From positions 8,494,001 to 8,558,000 of the forward strand of contig CATNEN010000025.1 in NCBI GenBank assembly GCA_950097015.1: a DNA stretch of 64,000 nt. Direction: 5' to 3'. The notes beneath the pieces were generated by a model, which had not been told where the DNA came from, did not search any database, and saw only the letters and a program-made list of their open reading frames with translations. This DNA comes from Macrostomum hystrix. Lineage: Eukaryota; Animalia; Platyhelminthes. Shown here in pieces: positions 61,859 through 64,000 of the stretch. Made by a program: the position numbers and the translations under genes. Numbering within the stretch: the stretch's first letter is position 1; each line of letters opens with the position of its first letter.

Positions 61859-62164
61859 CTACTTCTTGGACTTCAATTCCTTCAGGGTGTCCTTTACCTC
61901 TGGTGGTGTGAAGTCATGTGGCTCCACTACCCATAGTAGGTGATTGCCGCGAATCGGCAATGGCTTTTCGATGCCCTCCATCCGGTTTCCACTGGTTCGC
62001 AGCACTTTGAAGTCAGGGCGAACAGCGAACTGGTAACTAATGTACCCAGTGCAGATCACGGCAGCAGTCGTCAGAGCACCAACAAGTGGGATACTGTCCA
62101 CGGAGAATACGAGCCGCTTAAGCAGTTGCGAAAAAGTCCTTATCTCCGCTGTCTGCGACTTCAT
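61859..62164 (-). CDS. NDUFA4/COXFA4 (B12D/MLRQ)-like small single-pass mitochondrial protein, 101 aa
   Basis: ATG at 62164, just downstream of the acceptor TATTGTTTCAG|62188. SIPLVGALTTAAVICTGYISYQFAVRPDFKV has the family's 'IPL-TM-NPDV' layout. Confidence 0.72.
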   Translation of the reverse strand: MKSQTAEIRTFSQLLKRLVFSVDSIPLVGALTTAAVICTGYISYQFAVRPDFKVLRTSGNRMEGIEKPLPIRGNHLLWVVEPHDFTPPEVKDTLKELKSKK

Positions 62165-63633
62165 TTCGCAAGAATTAGGTAGTTTCTGCTGAAACAATAC
62201 ACAGTGATGTAGTTGATTATGAAGTACTATTATGGTTATGATATTTGATAAAAAATAATAATATGCAGCTCAAAAAAGAAAGAAATCCACTTAACTTTTT
62301 AAAACAAAATCTTTATGTTTTGCTCGTAAGAAATATAAAACTGATGTAATTATATTTTGCAAAGCTAACTATTGCTGCTAAAGTATTGTTTTAATTGCAT
62401 GTATTTTTTACTTTTGGATTGCAACTTTGTCTATTAGAGTCAGCATAATTTTGAATAGTTGGTTTTCTTCATTTTTAAGTAATTGAAAAAAAGACCCGAT
62501 TGCGCTCACAAAATCCCACATTCACGGGAATAAAATGGTCAAATGCATTTAATTTGGGATTCACAGAGCTTTGGTGCTTTCTTAAATTTTCGACATTTCT
62601 GCATTAAAAAATCTGGTGGGTTCAAACCTGTATTGAAACCTGTAAGTATTGTAATAGTTAAGCAATGTGTTTTCAATAGCAACGTCATAGTAACAAATAA
62701 TAGTACTCACAGAGGGATGAGCACTGACGAATCTATAACGACAGTTGTCTCGCAGCCAACTATGAAGAATCATGCTCATTTCCCCTGAACATACGCACAT
62801 ACACAGGAGGCACGCCGTCTATGTATACATCAACTGGCATCACCTTTTCACAACACAGTGTGCGGCTTTAAAACTAGCTTTCTTTGGTGTTTGCGTTTTG
62901 GTATTCATACTAGATAAAGTTTCAATATTCTAAAAGCAGCTTATTAATTACAAGCATTCAGCATAATCGATACAGAAGAAAGAAACCCCACTAGGTACTC
63001 CACAAGAAAGCTACGAAATCTGTGAAAAAAGTATGTCACTATTAGGTGGGTTATATAAAACTCAAAAGGTATTTTGCACGGTGCGATGCCACTTTTGTCA
63101 CGTGTTGCCAGGGCTACTATGTGTACTGTTACACGCAACCAAAAACAGTTACGCAACTCCTTTCGTATACAGGTGTTTTGGTACAGATTGTACAATGTTA
63201 CTCTTGTATTTGCAATTTTGACGCATCAATTCAATGTGCGGTATAGATAGTAAATGTGCTAGTGTGCTAGTGTTCAATGTGCTAGTAAAATAAAATATAA
63301 TAAATGATGTAGTAAATAGTACTATACGCAGAATATATACGAGCTATTACGAGATATCAGCGCGCTAAGCTAATCAAAGTACTTGCACACCCAATAAATC
63401 AAGGTGTGGGTTGCAAAAGGTAATGTAAATGTATTGTAATACAAATGGCAGTGCATATGTAAACCACTTATAATGAAATAATGCTACATGTACAATATAT
63501 AGTAGCAATAAATTACAGTTTATTTTTTCGATTTAGATCAGAAAGATTCACCAGAGATTTTTCTGATGCAAGGCTACTTCACATACACCTGCATTCATAT
63601 ATTGTCAAGGTTAACTGCCGCCTGCGATGCTAC

Positions 63634-64000
<367 letters not shown>

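Noticed and set aside
61859-62197. 112-aa version of the NDUFA4-like ORF starting at 62197
   Set aside because: That start is a non-ATG codon upstream of the splice acceptor. The first ATG is at 62164.

Overview
Eukaryotic (animal) genomic DNA with spliced, GC-rich exons separated by introns packed with about 30 different minisatellite arrays. The style is reminiscent of the flatworm Macrostomum lignano, but that is inference only. Seven genes could be rebuilt by hand with phase-consistent GT-AG junctions: (1) the 3' end of an SLC6 Na+/Cl- neurotransmitter/amino-acid transporter (+, 661-3945); (2) a complete 642-aa Shaw/Kv3-family K+ channel (-, 29081-8012, 3 exons); (3) a 416-aa R4-type RGS protein (+, 37552-53267, 6 exons); (4) an unrecognised 253-aa two-exon protein (-, 56699-55617); (5) a 318-aa SSUH2-like zinc-finger protein (+, 58230-59893); (6) a 101-aa NDUFA4/B12D-like protein (-); (7) the 3' part of a UBE2D-type E2 enzyme (-). 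There is also a tRNA-headed CORE-type SINE and a decayed non-LTR RT relic. Most long ORFs in the supplied track are minisatellite artefacts. I found no CRISPR array or prokaryotic system and cannot demonstrate a new biological system. The best leads are: a tandem array of 110-nt hairpins in the probable SLC6 3' UTR; a Shaw subunit whose S6 PVP gate reads AIP; a minisatellite carrying about 28 consensus 5' splice sites just behind a weaker RGS donor; a MEF2/CRE motif cluster in the channel intron; and a telomeric G-quadruplex overlapping a 5' splice site.
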